From NCBI GenBank assembly GCA_963738245.1, contig CAVTWB010000012.1, positions 295,921-359,920 of the forward strand: 64,000 nucleotides of DNA. The letters are read 5' to 3'. Source of the stretch: an uncultured Verrucomicrobiae bacterium. GTDB taxonomy: Bacteria; Verrucomicrobiota; Verrucomicrobiia; Limisphaerales; UBA11358. The position numbers were made by a program, and so were the translations under genes. The first letter of the stretch is position 1; every line of letters starts with the position of its first letter. The notes below the pieces were generated by a model. It searched no databases. It saw nothing but the letters and a program-made list of their open reading frames with translations, and was not told the origin of the DNA. This document shows, piece after piece, positions 26,501 through 34,863 of the stretch.

Positions 26501-28759
26501 TCGAACGGAATCATTTTCGCCAGCCGGTCGCAGTCGCCATACGGCAAACCCATCACGCGGCCGACATCGCGCACGACGGATTTTCGCGCCCATCGTGCCG
26601 AACGTGATGATCTGCGCGACAGAATCATTGCCATATTTTTTGCGGACATATTCGATGACGTCAGCGCGGCGGTCGTCGGCGAAATCAATATCAATATCGG
26701 GCGGATTAACGCGCTCGGGATTGAGAAATCGCTCGAACAGCAGGCCGTAGCGGATCGGATCCACGTTCGCGATTTCGAGCAGGTAGGTGACAATCGAACC
26801 GGCGGCGCTGCCGCGCGCCACGCAGGCAATGCCCTGGCTGCGGCCATAGCGGATGAAATCGCCGACGATGAGAAAGTAGGAAATGAAACCCGTCTTCTCG
26901 ATGACCGTGAGTTCGAGCTGCAAGCGGTCAATGACCGTTTTGACGGCAGCGGCAACGGCGGGATCGTTGGTTAGTGGCACAGGCGTCTCGCCTGTGTGTT
27001 TCTGTTTTTCATCGCACAGGCAGGACGTCTGTGCCACTAAACCGCCGCCGACACGGTATGCCCCTTCGCCCAAACTTGCTTTCTTGGGATTATCTTGAAT
27101 ATACCGGCCAAACTTTTCCAACTGTTGCTCGTTTCTGACGATGTGGTCGAAGGATTCCGGCTGCCAAAATTCTCCCTCACGATTCAGCAGCTTGTTGGCT
27201 TCTTTCGCAGTGAACGATTTCCACGACTGGAGAATGTCAGATAATGTGTGTCCCATCGCTGGCCGCACCAAAACATGGACGTGATTGGGCATGATGACGT
27301 AGCTGCCCAACAAATAGCGTTCACCATCAAAGTGACGCAGCGCAGCCTCCACCATTTTGGAGACGCCAGAATCGCGCAGCCAGCACTCGCCGATGCCTTG
27401 ATCCAAGTGTCGTTCCAACTTTTTCTCGCATTCTTCGGCAATTTTCCCGGCCAGCTCCTGTTTCTCCGCGTCGGAAAGGTTGGCGGCCTGCTTCGCTTCG
27501 CGCAAAGCGGCGTCACGTTCATCACGCCATTGTTTGAAGACTTCCTGCGGCAGTGAATCATCCAGACGGAACGTTACAAAATATGTTGCGCCTTCCTGCT
27601 GCCAATGTGGCAGGGAACGTGAATGAATGCTTGCCGGACGGGTTTGGTCAAACGCGGTGAACGGCATTAGTGGCACAGGCGTCTCGCCCGTGTGTTTCTG
27701 TTTTTCGTCACACAGGCGGGACGCCTGTGCCACTACATTATACGTCGGCAGCCGCTTCGGATCATCAATGCCCGTGACGACAAATTCTTTTCCTTCCGCC
27801 TTCGCGTGAATCGTGTAGCGCGTGAACAGTCCTTCCGCCAGCCATTGCCGCAAAAAACCTTCGCGCGTGAAATGTTCCGGCGGATGAAACACCGGATAAT
27901 GCAGCTGGCCGAACTTGATTTCCAAATTGCATTTCTCGGCAACCTCCATCGTGTTCTTCACCGCCTCCGGCACCTCGGCGAAACGCGCCTTCATTTCGTC
28001 TGCGCTGCGCAGATAAAACTGTTCCGGCACATAGCCCGCGCTCATGCGCTTGGGGTCGCTCAACAGGGATTGCGTGCCGATGCAGACGAGACAATCGTGC
28101 GCGTGCGAATGGCTTTTCTCGATGTAATGGACGTCATTCGTCGCGACGAGCTTCAGGCCGAATTCCTTTGGCCAATTTGAATCAACTGCTTGATTGACCT
28201 TGGCCTGTTCGGGAATGCCGTGGTTTTGGAGTTCGAGGAAAAAATTTTCCGCGCCGAGCGTCTGCTTGAAGAAATCCACCGCATCGCGCGCCTTGTCAAT
28301 TTGATCCTTCATGATCAAATCGGGAATCTCGCTGGCGAGACAACCGGACATCGCGATCAGACCTTCGCTGTGCTGCGCCAAAATTTCCTTGTCAATGCGC
28401 GGCTTGTAATAATAGCCCTCCAGGTGCGCGGCGGTCGTGAGCTTGATGAGATTTTTGTAGCCGGTCTCGTCCTTCACCAGCAGGCCGAGATGATGATACT
28501 TGTCGCCCTCGACTTTTTTGCGTTCCAGCCGCGAGCCGGGCGCGACATAAACCTCGCAGCCGATGATGGGCTTGATGCCTTTCGCGCGCGCGGCCTGATA
28601 AAACTCGATCACGCCGTGCATCGCGCCGTGGTCGGTGATGGCGAGCGCGGGAAATTTCAGCTCATGCGCCCGCTCCATCAATCTGTCCAAACGGCACGCG
28701 CCATCGAGCAACGAATACTCGGTGTGCAAATGAAGATGGACAAAGTCAGCGTGCGACAT
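23577..28759 (-). CDS. dnaE: DNA polymerase III alpha subunit, interrupted by two in-frame HUH-transposase cassettes and two 1-nt frame breaks
   Basis: PHP domain HLHLHTEYSLLDG. GFISYFLIVGDFI, ARGSAAGS, FLNPERVNPPDIDIDF, ITFGTMGAK|SVVRDVGRVMGLPYG, FNKSHAAAYA, IAAIKGVGEAAVETIL, and OB/C-terminal region. Assembled from track ORFs 26411..28759, 23587..26955 and 23577..24524. Confidence 0.9.
24642..24717. repeat. REPIN-like nested palindrome, type A (cassette 2, DnaE-distal side)
   Basis: Perfect 23-nt arms GTGGGACAGGCGTCCCGCCTGTC / GACAGGCGGGACGCCTGTCCCAC with a 30-nt loop. Each arm is itself a hairpin GACAGGCG-nnn-CGCCTGTC. Confidence 0.9.
25353..25446. repeat. REPIN-like nested palindrome, type A (cassette 2, DnaE-proximal side)
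   Basis: Same perfect 23-nt arms with a 48-nt loop. A partial extra copy AGTGGGACGGGCTG lies at 25338-25351. Confidence 0.9.
26974..27037. repeat. REPIN-like nested palindrome, type B (cassette 1, distal side)
   Basis: GTGGCACAGGCGTCTCGCCTGTG .. CACAGGCAGGACGTCTGTGCCAC. 23-bp stem with 1 mismatch and 2 G-T pairs. Loop of about 18 nt. Confidence 0.85.
27670..27733. repeat. REPIN-like nested palindrome, type B (cassette 1, proximal side)
   Basis: GTGGCACAGGCGTCTCGCCCGTGTG .. CACACAGGCGGGACGCCTGTGCCAC. Differs from the 26974 copy at 5 of 64 positions. Confidence 0.85.
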
Positions 28760-28843
28760 GAAACCAGTTTAACTTCCAACCGCCGAGACACCAAGACGCA
28801 AAGTTTCGCCACAAAGAGTTTTCCACTGTGTCCTGGCGGTGAA

Positions 28844-29953
28844 TTAGTTCTTGAAGAAATCCTCGATGACTTCCGCCACGCGCTGGATTTGCGCGTCGGT
28901 CAGTTCGGGATAAATCGGCAGGCTCAAGCATTCGCGCGCGGCCTTTTCCGCCACCGGAAAATCGCCGGGCTTGTGGCCGAGGCTGGCGTAACATTTTTGC
29001 AGATGCAGCGGCAGCGGATAATGCAGCGCGCAGCCCACGCCGTTGGCGTCGAGATGTTCCTTCAATTTGTCGCGCTGCGGGTGGCGCACGACGTAAAGAT
29101 GGTAGGCGCTTTCGGCATAGGCGGCCTCGCGCGGCAATTGCAGCGGCGTGTCCTTCAACAGTTCGTGATAGCGATGCGCCACGCGGCGGCGTTCATCCGT
29201 CCATTTTTGCAGATGCGGCAGCTTCACGCCGAGCACCGCGCCCTGGATGCCTTCCATGCGGTAATTGAACCCGACTTCGTCGTGATAATAACGCACATTG
29301 GAGCCATGTTCGCGCAAGGACCGGGCGCGCTTGGCGAACTCCGCGTTGTTCGTGACGAGCGCGCCGCCTTCGCCGCACGCGCCGAGATTTTTGCCGGGAT
29401 AAAAACTGAAGCAGGAAATGTCGCCGAACGTGCCGACGATTTTGCCTTTGTATTTCGCGGCGTGCGCCTGCGCGGTGTCCTCGACGAGCGGCAGCTTGTG
29501 CTTTTTGCAAATTGCCAGAACCGGTTCAAGGTCGAACGGATGTCCGTAAAGATGCACCGGCATGACGGCCTTGGTTTTTGAAGTGATGGCGCGTTCGAGC
29601 AATTTAGGATCGAGATTCATCGTGGCGTCGTCCACGTCCACATAAACCGGTTTCGCGCCGACGTAGGAAATCGCCCAGCTCGTCGCGACGAACGTGAACG
29701 GCGTGGTGACGACTTCATCGCCCGGCCCGACGTTGAGCAGCATCAGCGCGACGTGCAGCGCGGAAGTGCCGCTGTTGAATCCGACGCAGTGTTCCGCGCC
29801 GATGAATTTGGCAAAGTCTTTTTCAAACTGGACAACGTCCGGCCCGAGGCAGAACGAGCAGTGGTCGAGCGTGCGCGCGATAGCGGCGTCCAGTTCCTTG
29901 CGGACGCCGCGGATTTGCGCCGGCAAATCGAGATATGGAATTTTGTCAGCCAT
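28844..29953 (-). CDS. DegT/DnrJ/EryC1/StrS-family PLP-dependent sugar aminotransferase
   Basis: 369 aa. Family-typical IPYLDLPAQ.., FEKDFAKFIGAEHCVGFNSGTSALH, and FSFYPGKNLGACGEGGALVTN (PLP-lysine region). Confidence 0.85.
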   Translation of the reverse strand: MADKIPYLDLPAQIRGVRKELDAAIARTLDHCSFCLGPDVVQFEKDFAKFIGAEHCVGFNSGTSALHVALMLLNVGPGDEVVTTPFTFVATSWAISYVGAKPVYVDVDDATMNLDPKLLERAITSKTKAVMPVHLYGHPFDLEPVLAICKKHKLPLVEDTAQAHAAKYKGKIVGTFGDISCFSFYPGKNLGACGEGGALVTNNAEFAKRARSLREHGSNVRYYHDEVGFNYRMEGIQGAVLGVKLPHLQKWTDERRRVAHRYHELLKDTPLQLPREAAYAESAYHLYVVRHPQRDKLKEHLDANGVGCALHYPLPLHLQKCYASLGHKPGDFPVAEKAARECLSLPIYPELTDAQIQRVAEVIEDFFKN

Positions 29954-29998
29954 TGGACGGCCAGCCTAATCCTATCGGCGGAAAATTAAAAGCGAAAA

Positions 29999-31030
29999 TC
30001 ATCCCGCCCCGGCGGCGGCGCGGGGCGCGTGAACCAGTTTTTCAATTTCCGCGAACACCTGCTCCGGCGTGATGGCGGCGAGGCAATGCTTCGCGCTTCC
30101 GCAGACACCGACGTTGCCGCAAGTGCAGGAACTGCCGGTCAAGAAACGATGCTGCCCGCCGACCGGCGCCCATTGCGCGGGCTGGCTGGGGCCGAACAGC
30201 GCCAGCGTCGGCACGCCCAAGCCGGCGGCAAAATGCAGCGGGCCGGTGTCGCCCGAAACAAAAACTTTGGCGCGCTGAAGCACAGCAAGATACAAAGCGA
30301 GATCGGGACCTGGTTCCAAAACCGGCGCGGCGGGAGCCAGCCGCTGGAAATCTTTCAGGAGCGCTTCTTCCCGCGCGCCGACGCCGGTGGTGAAAATCAA
30401 TTCGGTTCCGGCGGTGGTGGCCATTTGATGCAATGCCGCCCAGTGCGCCAGCGACCATTCCTTTTTCGGCTGGCTCGAAGCGATGTGGCAGAGGATTTTT
30501 CTCGGCGGCAGTAATTCTTTCGCCTTCGCCGCCATGGCCGGGTTGGCGCGGATTTCGGCGACGAGCGATGACGGCTTGATGTCCCACGCGGAAAGCAGAT
30601 GCGCCAGCCGCGCCGACTCGTGCCGCACCTGGTTTTCGGGAGCGACGCGCTGGGTGTAACAATACTGTCGGCCCCAAAATCCGCCCGGTTCCGCCCAGCC
30701 GAGCCGCTGCCGCGCGCCGATCAGAAAACTGGCGATGGCGCCGCGGTCGTTGCTGGCGAAATCCACCGAGCGGTCAAACCGTTCGCGGCGCAGCGCGCGG
30801 ATGACCGGCCAGGTCCGGCTCAAGGTCGCGCGGCCGCGCCGGTGCGGCATCGGCCAGACGCGGTCCAGCCACGGCAATGGCTGCAACACCGGGGCGATTT
30901 TTTCCGGCACCAGAACATGCAGTTCGCTTTTGGGGAAATGTTCGCGGAGCGCGCGCAGCGACGGCGTCATCAGCACGGCGTCGCCGAAGTATTTGAACTG
31001 AATCGCCAGGATTTTTGGCTCCGTCGGCAT
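29999..31030 (-). CDS. glycosyltransferase family 9 (LPS heptosyltransferase-like)
   Basis: KILAIQFKYFGDAVLMTPSLRAL N-terminus and C-terminal VFVSGDTGPLHFAAGLGVPTLALFGPS. Confidence 0.8.
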   Translation of the reverse strand: MPTEPKILAIQFKYFGDAVLMTPSLRALREHFPKSELHVLVPEKIAPVLQPLPWLDRVWPMPHRRGRATLSRTWPVIRALRRERFDRSVDFASNDRGAIASFLIGARQRLGWAEPGGFWGRQYCYTQRVAPENQVRHESARLAHLLSAWDIKPSSLVAEIRANPAMAAKAKELLPPRKILCHIASSQPKKEWSLAHWAALHQMATTAGTELIFTTGVGAREEALLKDFQRLAPAAPVLEPGPDLALYLAVLQRAKVFVSGDTGPLHFAAGLGVPTLALFGPSQPAQWAPVGGQHRFLTGSSCTCGNVGVCGSAKHCLAAITPEQVFAEIEKLVHAPRAAAGAG

Positions 31031-31050
31031 GGCATTTCCGGGCACCGGCT

Positions 31051-32853
31051 TCAGGTGAGAAACTGAAGCTCGTAAAGTTTTTGATAGACGCCGCCGTGCC
31101 GGGACAGTTCCTCATGCGTGCCGGTCTCGACGATGCGGCCCTGATCCAGCACGACAATCAAATCGGCGTGCAAAATGGTTGAAAGCCGGTGCGCGATGCA
31201 AATCGTTGTGCGGCCCTTCATCAATTCATCGAGCGCGGCCTGGACGGCGCGTTCGGATTCTGTGTCGAGCGCGCTGGTGGCTTCGTCCAAAATCAGGATT
31301 GGCGCATTTTTCAAAACAGCGCGGGCGATGGCGAGCCGCTGTCGCTGGCCGCCGGAAAGCGAGACGCCCTTTTCGCCGACGATGGCGTCGAAGCCTTCCG
31401 CTTTCTGCATGACGAATTCGTAGGCGAAGGCGTGGTGCGCGGCGGCGATGATTTCGTCGTTTGTCGCGCCCAGCCGGCCCAGCTCGATGTTCCGGCGGAT
31501 GGTGTCGTTGAACAAAATGTTTTCCTGCGCGACGACGGCGATCTGGTTGCGTAAATCGCGCGTGGTCACGTCGCGGATGTCCACGCCGCCGATGCGGATG
31601 CGGCCCTGCGTGGGGTCGTAAAAACGCAGGAGCAAATTGGCGAGCGTGGTCTTGCCGGAGCCGCTGGCGCCGACGAGCGCGACCAACTGGCCGGCCTTCA
31701 CGGTGAGGTTGATGTTGCGCAGCACCGGTTTTTCGCCGTAGTGGAAATCAACATTCTCAATGGTGATGTCGGCGTGGTCGGCGTGGAGCATTTTGGGCGC
31801 GGCGGGTTCCGGCACTGAATTTTTCGTGGCGAGCAGCTCGAACACACGTTCGCTGGCGGCGCGCGCCTGGGTGAGCTGATTGTGCAGGCGCGTGAGATTT
31901 TTGATCGGCCCATACATGTAAAAAATGCTGCCGGCGAGCTGGATGAAGTCGCCCGGATTGGGATGCGCCTTGGCCAGGTAAATCATGTAAAGCAGCGCCA
32001 GCGCCACGCCGCTGGAGGCGAGAAAATCAATGATCGGGCCGGAGAGTTCGCTGGCGCGGACGATGCGCATGTAGTTGCCGATGGATTTGCGCGCGGTCTG
32101 GCGGAACTCGTCGGTCACGATGTTTTCCAGATTGTAAGCCTTGACGACCCGGTGGCCGCTGAAGCCCTCCGTCATCACCTGCATCAGGTCGGCGCTCTGG
32201 CTCTGCATCTCGCGGCTGGCGCGGCGGATCTTGCGGCTGTAGATGGACAGCGGAATCAGGCAGACCGGCAGGACAATCATCGAAATCAGCGTCAACATCG
32301 GCTGCCGCCACAGCAGCAGCAGCAGCAGGCCGACAAGCTGGACCGGATCGCGGACAATGACGGAGGTGGCACCGCTGATGACGTTTTGCAGCGTGCCGGT
32401 GTCGTTCATGATGCGCGAAATCAACTCTCCGCTGCGGCTCTGGTTAAAGAATCCGGCGGACAATCCCAGCAGATGGCTGAATAATTTTGTCCGCAGATCG
32501 GTGATGGTGCGGATGGCCGTCCATTGCAGGAAATAGGTGTTCAGGTAGCCCATGACGCGGGCAAGCAGCATGGCCAGCGGGATGGTCGCCACCAGCAGAA
32601 CTGTGGCGGCAAAATGTTCCCGCAGGCCACTGCCCATGCCGGCGCGCGCGCTGTCCAGCCACGTTTGAATGAACGCCGGCAGGCCGTGGATGGGACTGAC
32701 TGCGCCGTCAAATACCAGGGTGGAAACCACATAGATGGTGGCCATCAGCAGCGGCGCCATGGCGCCCGCGAGAATGCCGGTAATCACGCCGAGAAACAAC
32801 CGCACGCGATAAGGCCGCGCGAGCTGCCAGAGCTTGCTGAGAAAGTCAGTCAT
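31051..32853 (-). CDS. ABC exporter, fused permease-ATPase, MsbA-like (lipid A/glycolipid flippase type)
   Basis: 6-TM N-terminal half. Walker A GASGSGKTT, signature LSGGQRQRLAIARA, Walker B ILILDEATSALD. Embedded among GT9/GT2 genes. Confidence 0.8.
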   Translation of the reverse strand: MTDFLSKLWQLARPYRVRLFLGVITGILAGAMAPLLMATIYVVSTLVFDGAVSPIHGLPAFIQTWLDSARAGMGSGLREHFAATVLLVATIPLAMLLARVMGYLNTYFLQWTAIRTITDLRTKLFSHLLGLSAGFFNQSRSGELISRIMNDTGTLQNVISGATSVIVRDPVQLVGLLLLLLWRQPMLTLISMIVLPVCLIPLSIYSRKIRRASREMQSQSADLMQVMTEGFSGHRVVKAYNLENIVTDEFRQTARKSIGNYMRIVRASELSGPIIDFLASSGVALALLYMIYLAKAHPNPGDFIQLAGSIFYMYGPIKNLTRLHNQLTQARAASERVFELLATKNSVPEPAAPKMLHADHADITIENVDFHYGEKPVLRNINLTVKAGQLVALVGASGSGKTTLANLLLRFYDPTQGRIRIGGVDIRDVTTRDLRNQIAVVAQENILFNDTIRRNIELGRLGATNDEIIAAAHHAFAYEFVMQKAEGFDAIVGEKGVSLSGGQRQRLAIARAVLKNAPILILDEATSALDTESERAVQAALDELMKGRTTICIAHRLSTILHADLIVVLDQGRIVETGTHEELSRHGGVYQKLYELQFLT

Positions 32854-32937
32854 CCCCTCTATTCTTGACGGACATGGGCGCAAAGCGAAAGTATTTGTTT
32901 GGTAAATTCGCGCGCTTTTTCAAATTGCGCCACGGGA

Positions 32938-33858
32938 TCAATTTGTCCAGCCGGCTTTGCGCCCAAGTTTTCTTAAAGGCTGCGAAACCTTGTGTCTCAA
33001 CCACTGCCCGGCATAGTCAAGAGAGGTCAGTTGCGACCTCATGGCAGCGGTCAGGTGTGCGGCACCCCGTCCGTAATATTTGTTCAAATAATAAATTTGC
33101 GTGAACAACATTCCCGGGGTGGCCGCCTTTTTCAGCCAGGGTTTGGCGTAATAGGTTTCAATGAACTGAAGCTGCTCGTGTTTTGCCTCGCCGGTTTTTC
33201 CCTGTTTCGCCGTTTGCTGGCTCTGATGCACCCGCCAGGTGGCCAGGGCTTCGGCAATGTAGAAAAAATCACCGTTCTCCAACAGGTGGCACCACATCTC
33301 GAAATCCCAGAGGCCGACAAAACGTTCATCAAATCCCCGTTTGGCGGCGTTCCGGCGAAACAATATCAGCGTCGGCTGGCCGGGGAGATTTCCGTTTTGC
33401 TCCAAGCTGGTGACAATCAGTCGCCGGCCATCGAAGAGGCCGGACTTTTTGGAGAACATCAGGGGTCTTGACTTGGTGCCGGTGAGATGCTGCCGGCAGC
33501 CAGCCATCACGGCCGACGGATTTTTGTCCAGTGCGTCAACGAATTTGCCAATGGCCGAGGCGGACAACAGCAAATCATCCTGATGGACAAACTTGACATA
33601 TTCGCCCCGCGCTTCCCGGAGGCACGCATTGGAATTTCCCGCCAGACCCAGGTTGCGTTCGTTTTTCCACCAGCGGATGCGGGCGTCGCGGGCGGCAAAA
33701 TTTCGGATGACTTCCAAGGAATCATCCGTGGAGCCGTCGTCCGCAATGAGAATTTCAAGGCCGCGAAAATCCTGCGCGACAATGGATGCCAGGCACTCGG
33801 CCAGATATCGGCCGCCGTTGAAGACGGGAATGAGGACGCTGACTTTGGGCGGAATCAT
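32938..33858 (-). CDS. glycosyltransferase family 2
   Basis: VSVLIPVFNGGRYLAECLASIVAQDF..ILIADDGSTDDS. Its ATG overlaps the upstream stop (ATGA). Confidence 0.8.
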   Translation of the reverse strand: MIPPKVSVLIPVFNGGRYLAECLASIVAQDFRGLEILIADDGSTDDSLEVIRNFAARDARIRWWKNERNLGLAGNSNACLREARGEYVKFVHQDDLLLSASAIGKFVDALDKNPSAVMAGCRQHLTGTKSRPLMFSKKSGLFDGRRLIVTSLEQNGNLPGQPTLILFRRNAAKRGFDERFVGLWDFEMWCHLLENGDFFYIAEALATWRVHQSQQTAKQGKTGEAKHEQLQFIETYYAKPWLKKAATPGMLFTQIYYLNKYYGRGAAHLTAAMRSQLTSLDYAGQWLRHKVSQPLRKLGRKAGWTN

Positions 33859-34835
33859 GGCCTGGCTGGCGGGGTGAATTTCTGGCCCCAAAATAAAAGT
33901 ATCATCCTGGTCAGACGCGAAAGATTGGAAATGCAAAACCAGGGATTTCTGACCGCCAGCTTCAAGTATGCGCCTGCCATGGCGGCGGCTTCCGGCAAAC
34001 GTCCGTTTTTTTTCAACAACCGGGCGTAAGCCTGCATGACCTGCAACCGTTCGTTTTGCACGATCGCACCTTGCGGCCGTCCCTGAAAATGCCGGCCGAG
34101 CGCTTCATACATTTCGAGCGTCCGCGCGATCCGGTGGAGTGACGAATTGCCGGACCAGACGCCGCTGCCGTGCAGCCGGTAGGCCCCCATCACCTCCGGC
34201 AAATAGGCGGCCAGCCCGTGTTCCGTGCAAAGAATGTGCAGCGGATGGTCGCCGAGCGAAAGCTTTTCAAACCAGGGCGGCAAACTGCCGGCGCTGGACC
34301 TTCGAAACATCACGGAACAGGTGGGCATGACATTCTGCTTGAGAAAATCCTTCTGCGAAAAGCGGGTGGCCAAATCCGGCGCGCACATCAACTGCCGTCC
34401 GTCCGTTTGCGCATAATAGCCCTGCACGGCCACGCGGGGGTCATCGGAAAATATTATCACATTGTGAAAACAGCTCACGCAGTCCGGATGGCTGTCCAAA
34501 AACGCGGCCTGCCGCGCCAGCTTCCGGCTGCCAATCCAATAATCATCGCCTTCCAGCAGCGCGACGTATTCCCCCTGACATGCGTCCAGCGTGGCGGCGA
34601 AATTGGCGTTCATGCCGAGGTTTTTGGCCCGTTGCAGCAGCCGGATTCGATCCGGATGCCTTTTAGCATACTCGGCCAGAATCGCGCCGGTGCCGTCAGT
34701 CGAAGCATCATCGCCAATCACCACCTCATAGGAAAAATCCGTTTCCTGCGAGAACACGCTGTCCAGCGCTTGCCGGATGTAGGAAGCGTGGTTGTAGGTG
34801 ATCATCAAAACGCTGATTTTCGGCTTCGAATTCAT
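33855..34835 (-). CDS. glycosyltransferase family 2
   Basis: ISVLMITYNHASYIRQALDSVFSQETDFSYEVVIGDDASTDGT .. LEGDDYW. Confidence 0.8.
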   Translation of the reverse strand: MNSKPKISVLMITYNHASYIRQALDSVFSQETDFSYEVVIGDDASTDGTGAILAEYAKRHPDRIRLLQRAKNLGMNANFAATLDACQGEYVALLEGDDYWIGSRKLARQAAFLDSHPDCVSCFHNVIIFSDDPRVAVQGYYAQTDGRQLMCAPDLATRFSQKDFLKQNVMPTCSVMFRRSSAGSLPPWFEKLSLGDHPLHILCTEHGLAAYLPEVMGAYRLHGSGVWSGNSSLHRIARTLEMYEALGRHFQGRPQGAIVQNERLQVMQAYARLLKKNGRLPEAAAMAGAYLKLAVRNPWFCISNLSRLTRMILLFWGQKFTPPARP

Positions 34836-34863
34836 TTCGTTTAACCCGGCGGGCGGATGCGCG

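Larger units (their letters stand above)
26972..27735 (-). mobile_element. in-frame cassette 1: palindrome + Y1 HUH (RAYT/IS200-like) transposase domain + palindrome
   Basis: MPFTAFDQTRPASIHSRSLPHWQQEGATYFVTFRL .. YVIMPNHVHVLV (HUH) .. EFWQPESFDHIVR .. FGRYIQDNPKKAS. No stop codon. The two flanking palindromes are 696 nt apart (multiple of 3). Confidence 0.8.

Noticed and set aside
26974-27733. Sigma-54 promoter (-24 TGGCAC) inside the type-B palindrome, tempting because a sigma-54 activator is in the window
   Set aside because: TGGCAC is followed by AGGCGTCTCGC. There is no TTGC at the -12 spacing, and the motif is explained by the palindrome.
24640-27735. Inteins in dnaE
   Set aside because: The inserts lack Cys/Ser at the N-extein junction, the terminal His-Asn plus Cys/Ser/Thr, and Hint or LAGLIDADG blocks. 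They carry HUH/Y1 transposase motifs and DNA palindromes instead, and they are not at the known cyanobacterial DnaE intein site.
24640-27735. IStron-like arrangement or group I/II intron that would splice the cassettes out of the mRNA
   Set aside because: I could not recognise any conserved intron core (no group II domain V-like hairpin, no P3-P9 type pairing). The perfect in-frame continuity argues against a need for splicing. This cannot be fully excluded without covariance-model searches.
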